Shown: one piece after another, positions 28,245 through 37,896 of the stretch | How the letters are laid out: each line of letters starts with the position of its first letter | How positions within the stretch are numbered: position 1 is the stretch's first letter | Assembly: GCA_052147535.1 (NCBI GenBank) | Contig: JBKQKK010000154.1 | Span: 11,595-75,594 of the forward strand | Direction of reading: 5' to 3' | Length of the DNA: 64,000 nt | Source: Solirubrobacteraceae bacterium | GTDB taxonomy: Bacteria > Actinomycetota > Thermoleophilia > Solirubrobacterales > Solirubrobacteraceae | Position numbers and translations under genes: made by a program | Notes under the pieces: generated by a model | Seen by the model: only the letters and a program-made list of their open reading frames with translations | Database searches by the model: none | Told to the model about the DNA's origin: nothing

Positions 28245-29237
28245 TCAGCTCGTGCGCGCTGCGAGGGAGAGCGCGAACAACTCGTCCTCATCTGTGTACC
28301 AGCTGTCCAGACGCAACCCCGCCGAGGCAAAGTCAGCTTCCAGCCGGTTGCGCGTGAACTTGGCGCTGATCTCGGTGCGGAGCTCCTCGCCGGCAGCGAA
28401 CTCGACGCACAGCGATAGACTGGCAATCTGAACCGTTTGTGGAGCCCGGGCGCGCAGGCGCATCTCGATCCACTCGTGCCGACGATCGAAGAAGGCGACG
28501 TGATCGAACCCATCGGGTGAGAAGTCGGCTCCCAGCTCGCGGTTGATGACGTGCAGCACGTTGCGGTTGAACTCGGCCGTGACGCCCTGCGGGTCGTCAT
28601 AGGCTGCCTCGATCACCTCGGGATCCTTGACCAGATCGGTGCCGAGCAGCAGCCGGTCCTCTGGTCCCAGCAGCCTGCCGATCTTGCGCAGCAGACTCCG
28701 GCGGCTGCCGGGCGGGAAGTTGCCGATCGTCCCGCCCAGCAACGCCACGAGCCGGGGAACGCCGGACCCGACTGGAAGCCGCTCGAGGTGACGCTCGAAG
28801 TCGCCGATCACCCCGTGGACCTGCAGGTCCACGTAGTCCGCCACGAGCTCGTTCGCGGCCTCGCGCACGACGCTCTCGGACACGTCGAGCGGGACGTAGC
28901 GTCGCAGCGTGCCGGCCGCGGCCATCGCGTCGAGCAGGATCCGCGCCTTGTCGGAGGAGCCCGATCCGAGCTCCACGATCTCGCCGGCACCGGTCCTCGC
29001 GACGATCTCAGCGGCGCGTTCCTCCAGGATCTTCGTCTCGGTTCTGGTGGGGTAATACTCGGGCAGCTCGCAAATCTGCGAGAACAGCTCCGATCCCCGT
29101 GCGTCGTAGAAGTGCTTCGGTGGAAGCTCCTTGAACGGGCGTGTGAGTCCATCGAGCACGTCGTCGGCGAGGCTGCGCTCCTCAGCCCCCGAAAGGCACG
29201 ATTCGATCCGCACCGAGTCGGTTCCGAGCGATTTCAT
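28245..29237 (-). CDS. egtD: L-histidine N-alpha-methyltransferase
   Basis: KELPPKHFYDARGSELFSQICELPEYYPTRTE, ELGSGSSDK, GTDLVKD, GVTAEFNRN, TEISAKF; ATGA overlap with egtB. Confidence 0.95.
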   Translation of the reverse strand: MKSLGTDSVRIESCLSGAEERSLADDVLDGLTRPFKELPPKHFYDARGSELFSQICELPEYYPTRTETKILEERAAEIVARTGAGEIVELGSGSSDKARILLDAMAAAGTLRRYVPLDVSESVVREAANELVADYVDLQVHGVIGDFERHLERLPVGSGVPRLVALLGGTIGNFPPGSRRSLLRKIGRLLGPEDRLLLGTDLVKDPEVIEAAYDDPQGVTAEFNRNVLHVINRELGADFSPDGFDHVAFFDRRHEWIEMRLRARAPQTVQIASLSLCVEFAAGEELRTEISAKFTRNRLEADFASAGLRLDSWYTDEDELFALSLAARTS

Positions 29238-30547
29238 GCGTCCTTCGCAATTCTGAACCCGGCGAAGATCTGGCGGCGCTGTGGGAAATCCCAGTTGCGG
29301 AACGCGGAGGTGATCACGCGCGCCCGCGTCGCCCAAGAGCCGCCGCGCAAAACCTTGTAGTCGGCCCCGAAGAACGCCTGTGAGTACTCCGGGTACGGAT
29401 CGGCGACAAAGCCCGGGTAGTTGCGGAAGTCGCTCGCTGTCCACTCCCAGAGGCCGCCGATCATGTCGAGCGCCCCGTGCGGCGAGGCGCCGGCTGGGTG
29501 GCAACCCACTCGCGCTGGGCCGGGGGAGATGTGATCGAGGTTTGCGTGCAAGCCGGGCACCGGCGGCGCGTCGCCCCACGGGAAGGCCCGCGAGCGCTGC
29601 AGCCCGGGATCCCAGCTGGCCGCCTTCTCCCATTCCGCTTCGGTCGGAAGGCGCGCACCATGCGCGCGCGCGAACGCGTCGGCCTCGAACCATGAGATCG
29701 ACGTCACCGGCCGTTGCGGATCGAGTTGCTCCAGAGCGCCCAGCCTCCACTCGCTTGTGTTGCTCTCAGACCAGGCGCCTGGTGCCGCGATCCCGTGGTG
29801 CCGGCGCCATGTCCATCCCGCATCGGTCCACCACCCGCGCCGCCGATAGCCGCCATCCTGCACGAACGCGAGAAACGCGGCGTTGGTGATCGGCGTGCGA
29901 CCGATCGCGAAGCTGCCGACGAAGACTGCGTGGCGCGGGCGCTCGTTGTCGTACGCGAACCCCTCGGGGCCCGCGCCGACTGAGCACTCGCCGGCTGGGA
30001 TCTCGACCAGCTCGAGTCCCGTGTGGCACGGCGCGGCCGGATCCGCCGGCGCGCCGGCAGCCTCAGCGCCGGCGGGCGCGCTGGGGAGCTGATAGCCGCT
30101 GAGCCTGGCCAGTTGGATCGCCTGCAGCATCGTCTCGTTGTGCTGCTGCTCGTGTCGGATCACAAGCTCGTGGAGCAGGCCGTCGCCGATCCCGCGCTGC
30201 TCGATCACCTCGAGCGTGTGGGCGCGGACCTCCCGCAGGTACTCGCGCGCAGGCTCGGGGCGCAGGAACTCGAGCTCGCCGCGGCTCGCGCGCGGCGTCT
30301 GCAGCGCGTCATAGATCTCTGCCAGACCGGGGTGCAGCAGCGGGCGTTCGCCGTAGTGGTGCACGAGCCACAGATCCTCAAACGCGGCGATGTGCGCGAG
30401 ATCCCAGACCAGCGGGCTCATCAGTGTCGAGTAGACGCGCTCGAGCTGGTCGTCTGACAGCGCTGAGGCGAGGGCGAGCGTGCGCTGCCGCGTCTCGCGC
30501 AGCGCCTCGATCACGTTCGCGCTGGACCGAGAAGCTACGGCGGACAT
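29234..30547 (-). CDS. egtB: Ergothioneine sulfoxide synthase EgtB
   Basis: DinB-like MSPLVWDLAHI and HEQQHNE iron motif; FGE-sulfatase domain (FAYDNERP, LPTEAEWEKAA, VLRGGSW, RRQIFAGFR). Confidence 0.93.
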   Translation of the reverse strand: MSAVASRSSANVIEALRETRQRTLALASALSDDQLERVYSTLMSPLVWDLAHIAAFEDLWLVHHYGERPLLHPGLAEIYDALQTPRASRGELEFLRPEPAREYLREVRAHTLEVIEQRGIGDGLLHELVIRHEQQHNETMLQAIQLARLSGYQLPSAPAGAEAAGAPADPAAPCHTGLELVEIPAGECSVGAGPEGFAYDNERPRHAVFVGSFAIGRTPITNAAFLAFVQDGGYRRRGWWTDAGWTWRRHHGIAAPGAWSESNTSEWRLGALEQLDPQRPVTSISWFEADAFARAHGARLPTEAEWEKAASWDPGLQRSRAFPWGDAPPVPGLHANLDHISPGPARVGCHPAGASPHGALDMIGGLWEWTASDFRNYPGFVADPYPEYSQAFFGADYKVLRGGSWATRARVITSAFRNWDFPQRRQIFAGFRIAKDA

Positions 30548-30604
30548 CCCACTCCCATCAGTCGAGATAACGCCCCCATCGCGAAAATTCTCCCACGGCC
30601 ACTA

Positions 30605-31375
30605 TTAACGAAGGCGAACTTCGTCTGCGCCCGCGCCGATCCCGTAGCGCAGGTAGAGGGAGTCGCCTCGACTCAGAAGCCACAGCAGCCGCAGCGCAAG
30701 CAACCTCGGTAGCGGTGGGGGCCCAACCAGCGTCGGTCCGCCGCCGCCGGTGAGCATCGGCGCGAGCGTCAGGAACAACTCATCGAGCAGCTCCTCGGCC
30801 AGCAGCGAGCGCAGCAACGTCGGACCGCCCTCGCACAGCAACGTCTGCACGCCGAACTGGCTCCGTAGCGTGTGCAGCGCCTCGGTGAGCGGGCGATCGG
30901 CGCGCGGATCGGTGCGCACGAAGTCGATCTGGGCGCGGGTGGTGCGGAGGTCGGGCGCGGTCGGCGAGAGGATCACCACTCGCGCCTGCGGCTCGGCGAA
31001 CAGCGGGATCCTCAACGGGATCGCGCCACTCGCGCTGATCACGCAGGCGAGCGGCTCCGCTTCGCGGCCCGCCGCGCGCCGGCGCTCGCGGGCCTCGGCA
31101 GACTTGATGATCCGGCCGTAGCTCTCGACCGCCAGCGTGTGCGTGCCCGCGAGCACGGCATCGACCTGCTCGCGCAGCGCGTGGAAGATAGCCCGGTCGC
31201 CGGGGTCGCTGAGCGCGCCCGAGCGGCCCTGCACAGCGACGCGGCCGTCGGCGCTGGCGATCAGGTTCGCGATCGTGTAGGGACGTTGCAAGGACGCCTT
31301 CGGCGGTTGCGGCGCGGCGACCATCTCGTCCGCTGCAACGGTCGCGAGGTCAGGCAGCAGGCGCGTAAATTGCAC
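30605..31375 (-). CDS. RibD C-terminal-like reductase (DHFR fold)
   Basis: NLIASADG, DAVLAGTHT, LLCEGGPTLL, LDELFLTLAP. Confidence 0.9.
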   Translation of the reverse strand: MQFTRLLPDLATVAADEMVAAPQPPKASLQRPYTIANLIASADGRVAVQGRSGALSDPGDRAIFHALREQVDAVLAGTHTLAVESYGRIIKSAEARERRRAAGREAEPLACVISASGAIPLRIPLFAEPQARVVILSPTAPDLRTTRAQIDFVRTDPRADRPLTEALHTLRSQFGVQTLLCEGGPTLLRSLLAEELLDELFLTLAPMLTGGGGPTLVGPPPLPRLLALRLLWLLSRGDSLYLRYGIGAGADEVRLR

Positions 31376-31458
31376 GGTTGCGATGGCGCCAAGCTAACAG
31401 CTCCCGCGGCCGTTGCCCAGCCCTCCGGATCGCCGCGATAGGAGTAGGGTTCGAAAGC

Positions 31459-31512
31459 ATGAAACGAGACGATTTCCAGCGAATCGAGGCCAGTCCTCGA
31501 GGTGTCCGATGA
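31459..31512 (+). CDS. Candidate leaderless uORF (17 aa) coupled to glpX
   Basis: MKRDDFQRIEASPRGVR; ATG 8 nt after TAGGGT; its TGA overlaps the glpX ATG (ATGA). Confidence 0.35.
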   Translation: MKRDDFQRIEASPRGVR

Positions 31513-32510
31513 GCAGCGCTGCAGGGCAGGTGCGCCCGGATCGCAACCTCGCACTCGAGTTGGTGCGCGTCACCGAGGCGGCGGCTCTGGCGGCCTCGAG
31601 GAAGGTCGGTAGGGGGGACAAGGAGGCGGCCGATCAGGCCGCCGTGGACGCGATGCGGCAGGTGCTCGAATCCGTCTCGATGGACGGCCTCGTCGTGATC
31701 GGCGAAGGCGAGAAGGACGAAGCGCCGATGCTCTACAACGGCGAGCAGATCGGTGACGGCAACCCTCCGCGCGTGGACATTGCCGTCGACCCGCTCGAGG
31801 GCACGCGGCTGACCGCCCTGGGGATGCCGAGCGCGATCACCGTGATCGCGCTCGCCGAGCGCGGCGCGATGTTCGATCCCGGCCCGTGCGTGTACATGGA
31901 GAAGCTGGCCGGCGGTCCCGAGATCGCCGACCTGCTCGACCTAGAACGGCCGCTGCCTGAGACGCTCGCCCTGGTGGCCAAGCGCAAGGGTGTCGACATC
32001 CGCGACGTGATCGTCGTGATGCTCGACCGCGAGCGTCACCACGCGAAGATGCGCGAGATCCGCGAGGCCGGCGCGCGTGTGCGGCTGATTCTCGACGGCG
32101 ATGTTTCGGCGGCGCTGCTGGCGGTCTCCACCGACCGGCCGGTCGACCTGCTCTGGGGCATCGGCGGCACGCCCGAGGGCGTCATCTCGGCGGCGGCGAT
32201 CAAGTGCATCGGCGGCCAGCAGCTGGGCCGCCTGTGGCCGCGCAACGACGACGAGCGCACGGCCGCGCTCGATGCCGGGTACGACCTCAGCAAGGTGCTC
32301 GACGTCAACGACCTGGTCAAGGGCGAGGACGTGTTTTTCTCGGCCACCGGCGTGACCGACGGCGATGTCCTGCAGGGGGTCCGGTACACGAGCAGTGGCA
32401 ACGCCACCACCGAGTCGCTGGTGATGCGCACGCGTACCGGGACGGTACGGCGTGTGATGGCGACCCACGATCGCCGGAAGCTGCACCGGATCAACGCTTC
32501 GCTCTACTAG
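31509..32510 (+). CDS. glpX: Class II fructose-1,6-bisphosphatase
   Basis: DRNLALELVRVTEAAA, VVIGEGEKDEAPML, DIAVDPLEGT, GIGGTPEGV, ATGVTDG. Confidence 0.97.
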   Translation: MSSAAGQVRPDRNLALELVRVTEAAALAASRKVGRGDKEAADQAAVDAMRQVLESVSMDGLVVIGEGEKDEAPMLYNGEQIGDGNPPRVDIAVDPLEGTRLTALGMPSAITVIALAERGAMFDPGPCVYMEKLAGGPEIADLLDLERPLPETLALVAKRKGVDIRDVIVVMLDRERHHAKMREIREAGARVRLILDGDVSAALLAVSTDRPVDLLWGIGGTPEGVISAAAIKCIGGQQLGRLWPRNDDERTAALDAGYDLSKVLDVNDLVKGEDVFFSATGVTDGDVLQGVRYTSSGNATTESLVMRTRTGTVRRVMATHDRRKLHRINASLY

Positions 32511-32584
32511 CTTGCGCAGCTGAGCTCCAGCGAGCTCGGCTTGCGCTGGAAACGCTGCTGCCGGGCGGTGCTGCCGGGTGGTCT

Positions 32585-32608
32585 GCGGGTGGCCTGCGGG
32601 CCACCCGC
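32585..32608. terminator. Hairpin between convergent genes
   Basis: GCGGGTGGCC-TGCG-GGCCACCCGC. Confidence 0.7.
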
Positions 32609-32616
32609 CACCTGCA

Positions 32617-33315
32617 CTACTCGGCGGGCAGCTTGCGGACCTTCGACTCCGCCAGCTCCAGCTTCGCCAGCGACCGCAGGAACGCGTGCGTGACGAGCAC
32701 GTGGACGAACGACTGCGTGGCCTCGTAGATGACCGTGCTGAGGCCCGCGGCGATCGCGGGATAGAAGTTCGCGACCTCGACCGCAACGTGAAGCGTGGCC
32801 AGCTCGGCGGCGTCCGCGGGCGCGTCCTGGCGTCGCACGTCCAGCGACAGGAAGCCCGAGCCGTTGCGGCCGGCGCGGGCAACGAGCAGGCCATCACGGA
32901 TATGCCAGGTGACCTTGCCGTGGTTGGGCTCGACCGCGTATTCGGGTGCCGAGAAGCGCAGCAGCGTCAGCGGCCGCACGAGCAGCACCACCCGGCGCTC
33001 CTCGGCGCCGTAGATGACGCGGATCGCGCCGAGCGTCACGCGCGAGAGGAACAGCCAGTAGGTGCGCGCCAGGTTCTCGAGGTTGGCCTGCTTCCAGATC
33101 CGATCAAGATCCGCCGGAGCGAGCGCCACATGGGCGGCCTGGACGGAGCGGACCGCACCGTCGGCGGCGATCACGGTGGATTCTCGCGCGGACACGATCA
33201 AGGTCCGCGCCGGCAGGCTGCGGCGCCACAGCCAGCGCGCGAGCAGTCCGGCAAGGATGCCAGCCAGAACCGCTGCCGCCACGCCGGTGCGGGCTCTCCT
33301 CGACTGCGGCTTCAT
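32617..33315 (-). CDS. Hypothetical protein with N-terminal membrane anchor
   Basis: 232 aa; ATGA overlap with moeA; no family recognised. Confidence 0.75.
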   Translation of the reverse strand: MKPQSRRARTGVAAAVLAGILAGLLARWLWRRSLPARTLIVSARESTVIAADGAVRSVQAAHVALAPADLDRIWKQANLENLARTYWLFLSRVTLGAIRVIYGAEERRVVLLVRPLTLLRFSAPEYAVEPNHGKVTWHIRDGLLVARAGRNGSGFLSLDVRRQDAPADAAELATLHVAVEVANFYPAIAAGLSTVIYEATQSFVHVLVTHAFLRSLAKLELAESKVRKLPAE

Positions 33316-34529
33316 CTCAGTAGCGCCTCCAACTTCACGATTTCGCCCGCCGGTGCCGCGCCGGTGCCGCTGGCGAGGATCGCGAGCGCGTCGGCATCCA
33401 GCAGCGTGGTCATGCGATGGGACTCCTGCCCGCCGGTTGGCACCGCGATCGTCGCCTGCGCGCTGAGTCGCAGGCGCACGAGGATTGCCCGCTCGCGGGA
33501 CGGATTGCGGCGTACCGGTGCCGCGAGGATGGCCTGCGCCGGGGCCCGATGGCGCGCTTCCAGCGCGCCCTGCAGGGCGCGCAGCGCGGGTGCTACCAGC
33601 AGCGTGAACGTGACCGCCGCCGAGACCGGGTTGCCCGGCAGGCCGAACACGGGCTTGCCTTCACGGGAGCCGAACCAGGTCGGCTTGCCGGGTTGCAGCG
33701 CGACACCCCAGAACTGCTGCTTGACGCCGAGGTTTTGCAGGACCGCCCGGACGTGATCGTGCGGTCCGACGGAGACACCGCCGCTGATGATCAGCACGTC
33801 TGCCCGCGCCAGCGCAGCCAAAACTGCTCGGGCGAGGGCGTCGCGTTCGTCTGCAACGCGGATTGCAGGCGCCGTGATCGCGCCGCAGCGGCCGGCCAGC
33901 GCGGTCAGCATCGGGCCGTTGGAGTTGTGGATCTCGCCCGCCCGCAGCGGCTCGCCAGGCGCTCTCAGCTCATCGCCGGTGCAGAGTACCGCGACGCGCG
34001 GCCGGCGCGCCACCAGCAGGCTACTCGCACCGGCAGCCACGGCCGCGGCGAGTGCGTGCGGGCGGAGCACGGTGGCGGCTGGCAACACCGGTTCGCCGGC
34101 GCGCATGTCGCCGCCTTCCGGGCGGATGTTGAGTCCCGCCGCCGGCTCAACCAAGGTTTCGATCGAGCCGTCTTGAACCGTCACGTCCTCCTGGCGGATC
34201 ACGGCCGTCGCAGCTGCCGGCACGGCGGCGCCGGTCGAGATCCGGATCGCCTCGCCGTCCCGTAGCGGGGCGGGGTGGGGGACCCCCGCCCGGGATTCCC
34301 CGGCGATGCGCAGCCTGCGTCCGGCGGGTCCGTGTGCCACGGCATAGCCGTCCATCGCCGAGCACGGAAACGGTGGAACATCCCCGGCGGCCGGCATTTC
34401 GGTGGCCAAGAACCGATCCAGCGCGTCGGCGATCCCGACCAGCTCGGTGCCCAGTCGGCCACCGGTGACGCTCAGAACGCACGCTCGCGCTTGGTCGATC
34501 GTGATCAGTCGCTGCTGCACGTGCTCCAC
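33312..34529 (-). CDS. moeA: Molybdopterin molybdotransferase
   Basis: PPFPCSAMDGYAV, RISTGA, VLCTGDEL, IHNSNG, ISGGVSVG, QPGKP, GLPGNPVSA. Confidence 0.95.
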   Translation of the reverse strand: MEHVQQRLITIDQARACVLSVTGGRLGTELVGIADALDRFLATEMPAAGDVPPFPCSAMDGYAVAHGPAGRRLRIAGESRAGVPHPAPLRDGEAIRISTGAAVPAAATAVIRQEDVTVQDGSIETLVEPAAGLNIRPEGGDMRAGEPVLPAATVLRPHALAAAVAAGASSLLVARRPRVAVLCTGDELRAPGEPLRAGEIHNSNGPMLTALAGRCGAITAPAIRVADERDALARAVLAALARADVLIISGGVSVGPHDHVRAVLQNLGVKQQFWGVALQPGKPTWFGSREGKPVFGLPGNPVSAAVTFTLLVAPALRALQGALEARHRAPAQAILAAPVRRNPSRERAILVRLRLSAQATIAVPTGGQESHRMTTLLDADALAILASGTGAAPAGEIVKLEALLR

Positions 34530-34572
34530 AGCGGGATTGTCGCTCAGGCAGCCGGATCTTGGCTGAGCCGCG

Positions 34573-34648
34573 GGATCAGTCGTCCGGATGCCGGATCAGT
34601 CGTCCGATGCGGGCAGTCGTCCGGCTGCCGGATCAGTCGTCCGATTGC
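34573..34648. repeat. Four tandem ~19-bp repeats (core CAGTCGTCCG)
   Basis: Units start at 34573, 34593, 34612 and 34630, between the rlpA stop and the moeA start. Confidence 0.85.
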
Positions 34649-34675
34649 GGCGCGGGGGATGTCAGCGCGTCGCGG

Positions 34676-35530
34676 TCAGCTCTGCGCAAGCGCGACGGTG
34701 CCGATCGTGGCGCGCCCGATGGTCAGCATTCCGATCGCTTTCGCGGTCGCTTCGGTCAGGTCCCAGGTGACGCCTTTGACGTACGGACCTCGGTCGATCA
34801 CCGGCACGACGATCGAGCGGCCGGCGTAGTAGATCCCCACCGGCGTTCCGCACGGCAACGTCAGGTTGGCCACGCCGAGCGTGTTCCGACGCAGCAGCTC
34901 GTGGCACGCGGTCTGGTTGCCGAACATCGTGGGACCGCCGTACCACGTTGCGACCGTCGGGCGGTAGACGGTCATCGCCAGCGCCGCCGAGGTGGCGGTG
35001 GCTGCCGGAAGCGCGGACGAGGCTCCGGAACCTTCGGAGGCGAGCGTCCCCTCGACGGTCGCTGGGATCAGGGCAGCCCTGATCGAGAACATGCCGCTCT
35101 GGTTGGCACGCCAGGCGACCGTGAACGAACCACCGGCGGCGACGAGGGTCTGCGCAGTCGAGATCCAGCTGGACTTGATCTGCGGTTCCATGCGCTCGAT
35201 CTCGATGATGTCGCCTGCGTCAGCAGGCGGTGCACTGCCCGTGAACTGGACCATCTGGTGGTTCAGGGCTGACTCTGTGGTCGCCACGGTGATCCCGTCG
35301 CCGGTGGCCGAAACGGGCAGGTTGGCAGGCGCAGTTAAGACCACGTCCCCGGTGCCGCCGGAGCCGCTGCCGGGGCCGCCGGAGCCGCCGGGGCCGCTGA
35401 AACCAACGCCGCCGCTGCCGTTAGACGGCTCACTGAGGGAATTCGCCCAACCGATCTGCGGAGCCGCGAGCACGGCGGCCCCGGTGGCGAGCAGCAACCA
35501 CAGTTTTAGTCCTGCGTGAGCGCGGATCAA
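34676..35530 (-). CDS. Secreted RlpA-like (DPBB) lytic transglycosylase-family protein
   Basis: Signal peptide; ATWYG, TACHELL, LTLPCGT, VPVIDRGPY, WDLTEATA. Confidence 0.88.
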   Translation of the reverse strand: MIRAHAGLKLWLLLATGAAVLAAPQIGWANSLSEPSNGSGGVGFSGPGGSGGPGSGSGGTGDVVLTAPANLPVSATGDGITVATTESALNHQMVQFTGSAPPADAGDIIEIERMEPQIKSSWISTAQTLVAAGGSFTVAWRANQSGMFSIRAALIPATVEGTLASEGSGASSALPAATATSAALAMTVYRPTVATWYGGPTMFGNQTACHELLRRNTLGVANLTLPCGTPVGIYYAGRSIVVPVIDRGPYVKGVTWDLTEATAKAIGMLTIGRATIGTVALAQS

Positions 35531-35558
35531 GTCAGTCTTCGTCCTGTTTCGGTTTCAT

Positions 35559-35695
35559 GCCTACGGGGTGAGCTGACGGGCTCGCGCTAACCAGCGCTAC
35601 GGTCCTTTGCAGGTCCGATTCGCCCCTACGGTGTCCGTGGACTCCGCAAGTGGTTCCCCCGTCGACAGTCCGCGGACGGACTGTCGCTCGGCGTT
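35559..35695 (-). ncRNA. Cyclic di-AMP (ydaO/yuaA) riboswitch
   Basis: Minus strand ACGGGGGAACC, GGGGCGAATC, GTAGCGC..AGCGCGAGCCCGTCAGCTCACCCCGTAGGC; TATACT -10 at 35702-35707. Confidence 0.9.
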
Positions 35696-35930
35696 CGCAC
35701 AAGTATACGGAAGATTGAGCGCACGCGGCAGGCCAGGCAGCCGACTTCACTCCATTGGAGCCGCACCGATGCGCGTTTACGAGCGGCGTTTGTGCGAGTA
35801 GCAGGTGCGAGGCGAATCCGAGGCTCTGGCCCGTCAAGGCGCGGCGCCGCCAGGACGTGGGGCGAATAACCGCGAAATCAGGGGGGTTTGACGCCCCGCC
35901 TCGCCCCGAGGCCTCCGATGAGCACTTAGA

Positions 35931-36395
35931 TTAGGGCCGCGGAAGCTTGGAGACCGCGGTTCGAATCGCGCGGGCGCTGAACGAAAGTCCGATCTCGGTG
36001 AGTTCGGCGGCGGCCTGCACCGTGGTGGCGAGGATCGGGATCTCCGTCTCGCTCGGCGCCTTCGAGCGTGTTAACTCGGGCTCTGCCGGCGCGTCTGCGG
36101 GCAGCGCCCGCTTGTGTGTGCGGGGGCGTCGCGCCTGCGGTTGCGTTGCGCCCGTCGCTTTGCGCGAACGCCTGGGCGGTGCCGGTGCGGTGGCTGGTGC
36201 CGTTGCGGGCGCGGTGGCTGGTGCCGTCGCGGCGGGCACGGTGGCTGGTGCCGTTGCGGGCGCGGTGGCTGGTGCGGGCGCGGCTGCCCGTGGGGGCACC
36301 GGCACCGAGGGGTTTGCGGGGCGCTTGTCGCTGCGGCGTTGCGGTCGCGACCGCGGCAGCGAACCGAGGAGATCGGTCGGCATATCGTCGCTCAT
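35931..36395 (-). CDS. Hypothetical protein with Pro/Ala/Thr repeat linker
   Basis: LGSLPRSRPQRRSDKR start, PATAPATA repeats, helical C-terminus AAAELTEIGL. Confidence 0.7.
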   Translation of the reverse strand: MSDDMPTDLLGSLPRSRPQRRSDKRPANPSVPVPPRAAAPAPATAPATAPATVPAATAPATAPATAPATAPAPPRRSRKATGATQPQARRPRTHKRALPADAPAEPELTRSKAPSETEIPILATTVQAAAELTEIGLSFSARAIRTAVSKLPRP

Positions 36396-36579
36396 GCAAG
36401 CTAGATCATGCCACCGTCGTAAAGACCGCGATCTCAGATCGCGCACAGGTGCCGTGCCCAGGTGCCGCGCCCCGGTGCCTAGCCCTAATAGGCGAGGAAA
36501 AATTCAGGCAACGATTGAAACGCCGCGGGGAGATCGTGGTATTTGAATCAAGGAGTCCGGGCAGGCCCGTAATATAGCC

Positions 36580-36608
36580 TTGACTTCAAAAAGGATAGTG
36601 CTTATACT
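36580..36608 (+). promoter_or_regulatory. Near-consensus sigma-70 promoter of the RpoD-type sigma gene
   Basis: TTGACT-N17-TATACT in an AT-rich island. Confidence 0.85.
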
Positions 36609-36718
36609 TGGACGCTATGTCTACGTAGTGGGAGTGCGCGCTCATCGGTTCGCGTCCGCCCGCTCGTTCATGGAGGCGGCAGCCTGAACTGCCGGCGCGA
36701 CGACGGAAACGGAACCAG

Positions 36719-37819
36719 ATGTCAGTAGCGGAACTGCAGGAACTCGAAGAGATCAAGGGCCTGGTCAATCGCGGCCAGCAGCTCGGCGTGCTCACGTTTG
36801 CCGAGATCGCCGGTGCGATCGCTGAGCTCGATCTCGACGAGGCGGATGTTGAGGAGCTGCACGGCTACTTGGAACGGGCCGAGATCGAGCTCGTAGAGGA
36901 GGTCGACCCAGCGCTCGCGGAGGCGGAGGTGGAGCGGGCACCGGACAAGCGGGGCCGGCGCAAGGCAAAGACGGCGCTTGACCTCAAGCCCGACATGACC
37001 ACCGATTCGCTGCAGCTGTTCCTCAAGGACATTGGGAAGGTGCGCCTGCTGACCGCGCAGGAGGAGGTCGATCTCGCCAAGCGCATCGAGCGCGGCGATC
37101 TCGATGCCAAGCAGAAGATGGTCGAGTCGAACCTCCGGCTAGTTGTGTCGATCGCGAAGAACTACCGCAACCAGGGGCTTCCGTTTCTGGATCTGATCCA
37201 GGAGGGAACGCTCGGACTGGTCCGCGCCGCGGAGAAGTTCGACTACCGCAAGGGATTCAAGTTCTCGACGTACGCGACGTGGTGGATCCGTCAGGCGATC
37301 GCGCGCGCGCTGGCCGACAAGGCGCGGACGATCCGGATCCCGGTGCATGTGGTCGAGAAGCTCAACAAGATCGGCCGGGCCGAGCGCAAGCTGGTGACCG
37401 AGCTAGGACGCGAGCCGACCGCCGAGGAGATCGCCGAGGTAACCGGAATCGAGCCCGACGAGGTGGAGTCGATCAAGCGCTCGGCGCAGGCGCCGGTCTC
37501 GCTGGAGAAGCCTGTCGGCGACGAGGAGGAGTCCGAGTTCGGGCAGTTCATCGCCGATGAGCGCGCCGAGTCGCCATACGAGCGCGCGGCCGAGATCCTC
37601 ACCAAGGAGGCGCTGCGCGAGGCACTTGAGAACCTCTCCTACCGTGAACGGCGCGTGCTCGAGCTGCGCTACGGCCTCGGCGGTGAGCACCCCCGCACGC
37701 TGGATGAGGTCGGGCGAACCTTCAACGTTACGCGCGAGCGGATCCGCCAGATCGAGAACCAATCGCTCAAGAAGCTGCAGTCGCTCGCCGAGGCTCAGAA
37801 GCTTCGCGACGTAGCTTGA
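36719..37819 (+). CDS. RpoD/SigA-type primary-like sigma factor
   Basis: Region 1.1, [61 protein letters not shown]. Confidence 0.95.
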   Translation: MSVAELQELEEIKGLVNRGQQLGVLTFAEIAGAIAELDLDEADVEELHGYLERAEIELVEEVDPALAEAEVERAPDKRGRRKAKTALDLKPDMTTDSLQLFLKDIGKVRLLTAQEEVDLAKRIERGDLDAKQKMVESNLRLVVSIAKNYRNQGLPFLDLIQEGTLGLVRAAEKFDYRKGFKFSTYATWWIRQAIARALADKARTIRIPVHVVEKLNKIGRAERKLVTELGREPTAEEIAEVTGIEPDEVESIKRSAQAPVSLEKPVGDEEESEFGQFIADERAESPYERAAEILTKEALREALENLSYRERRVLELRYGLGGEHPRTLDEVGRTFNVTRERIRQIENQSLKKLQSLAEAQKLRDVA

Positions 37820-37825
37820 GTTCTT

Positions 37826-37896
37826 GACGCCGGGCGCCGCCTTCTTTCGAAACCGCACGCGAGTTTCGAACGAAGGCGGTGCGCCCGCGTCTTTCT
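37826..37896 (+). terminator. Long hairpin terminator after the sigma gene
   Basis: GGGCGCCGCCTTC / GAAGGCGGTGCGCCC outer stem, TTCGAAAC / GTTTCGAA inner stem, followed by TTTCT. Confidence 0.75.

Noticed and set aside
29234-30547. Selenoneine synthase SenA
   Set aside because: No senB or selD/senC nearby; coupling to egtD fits ergothioneine.
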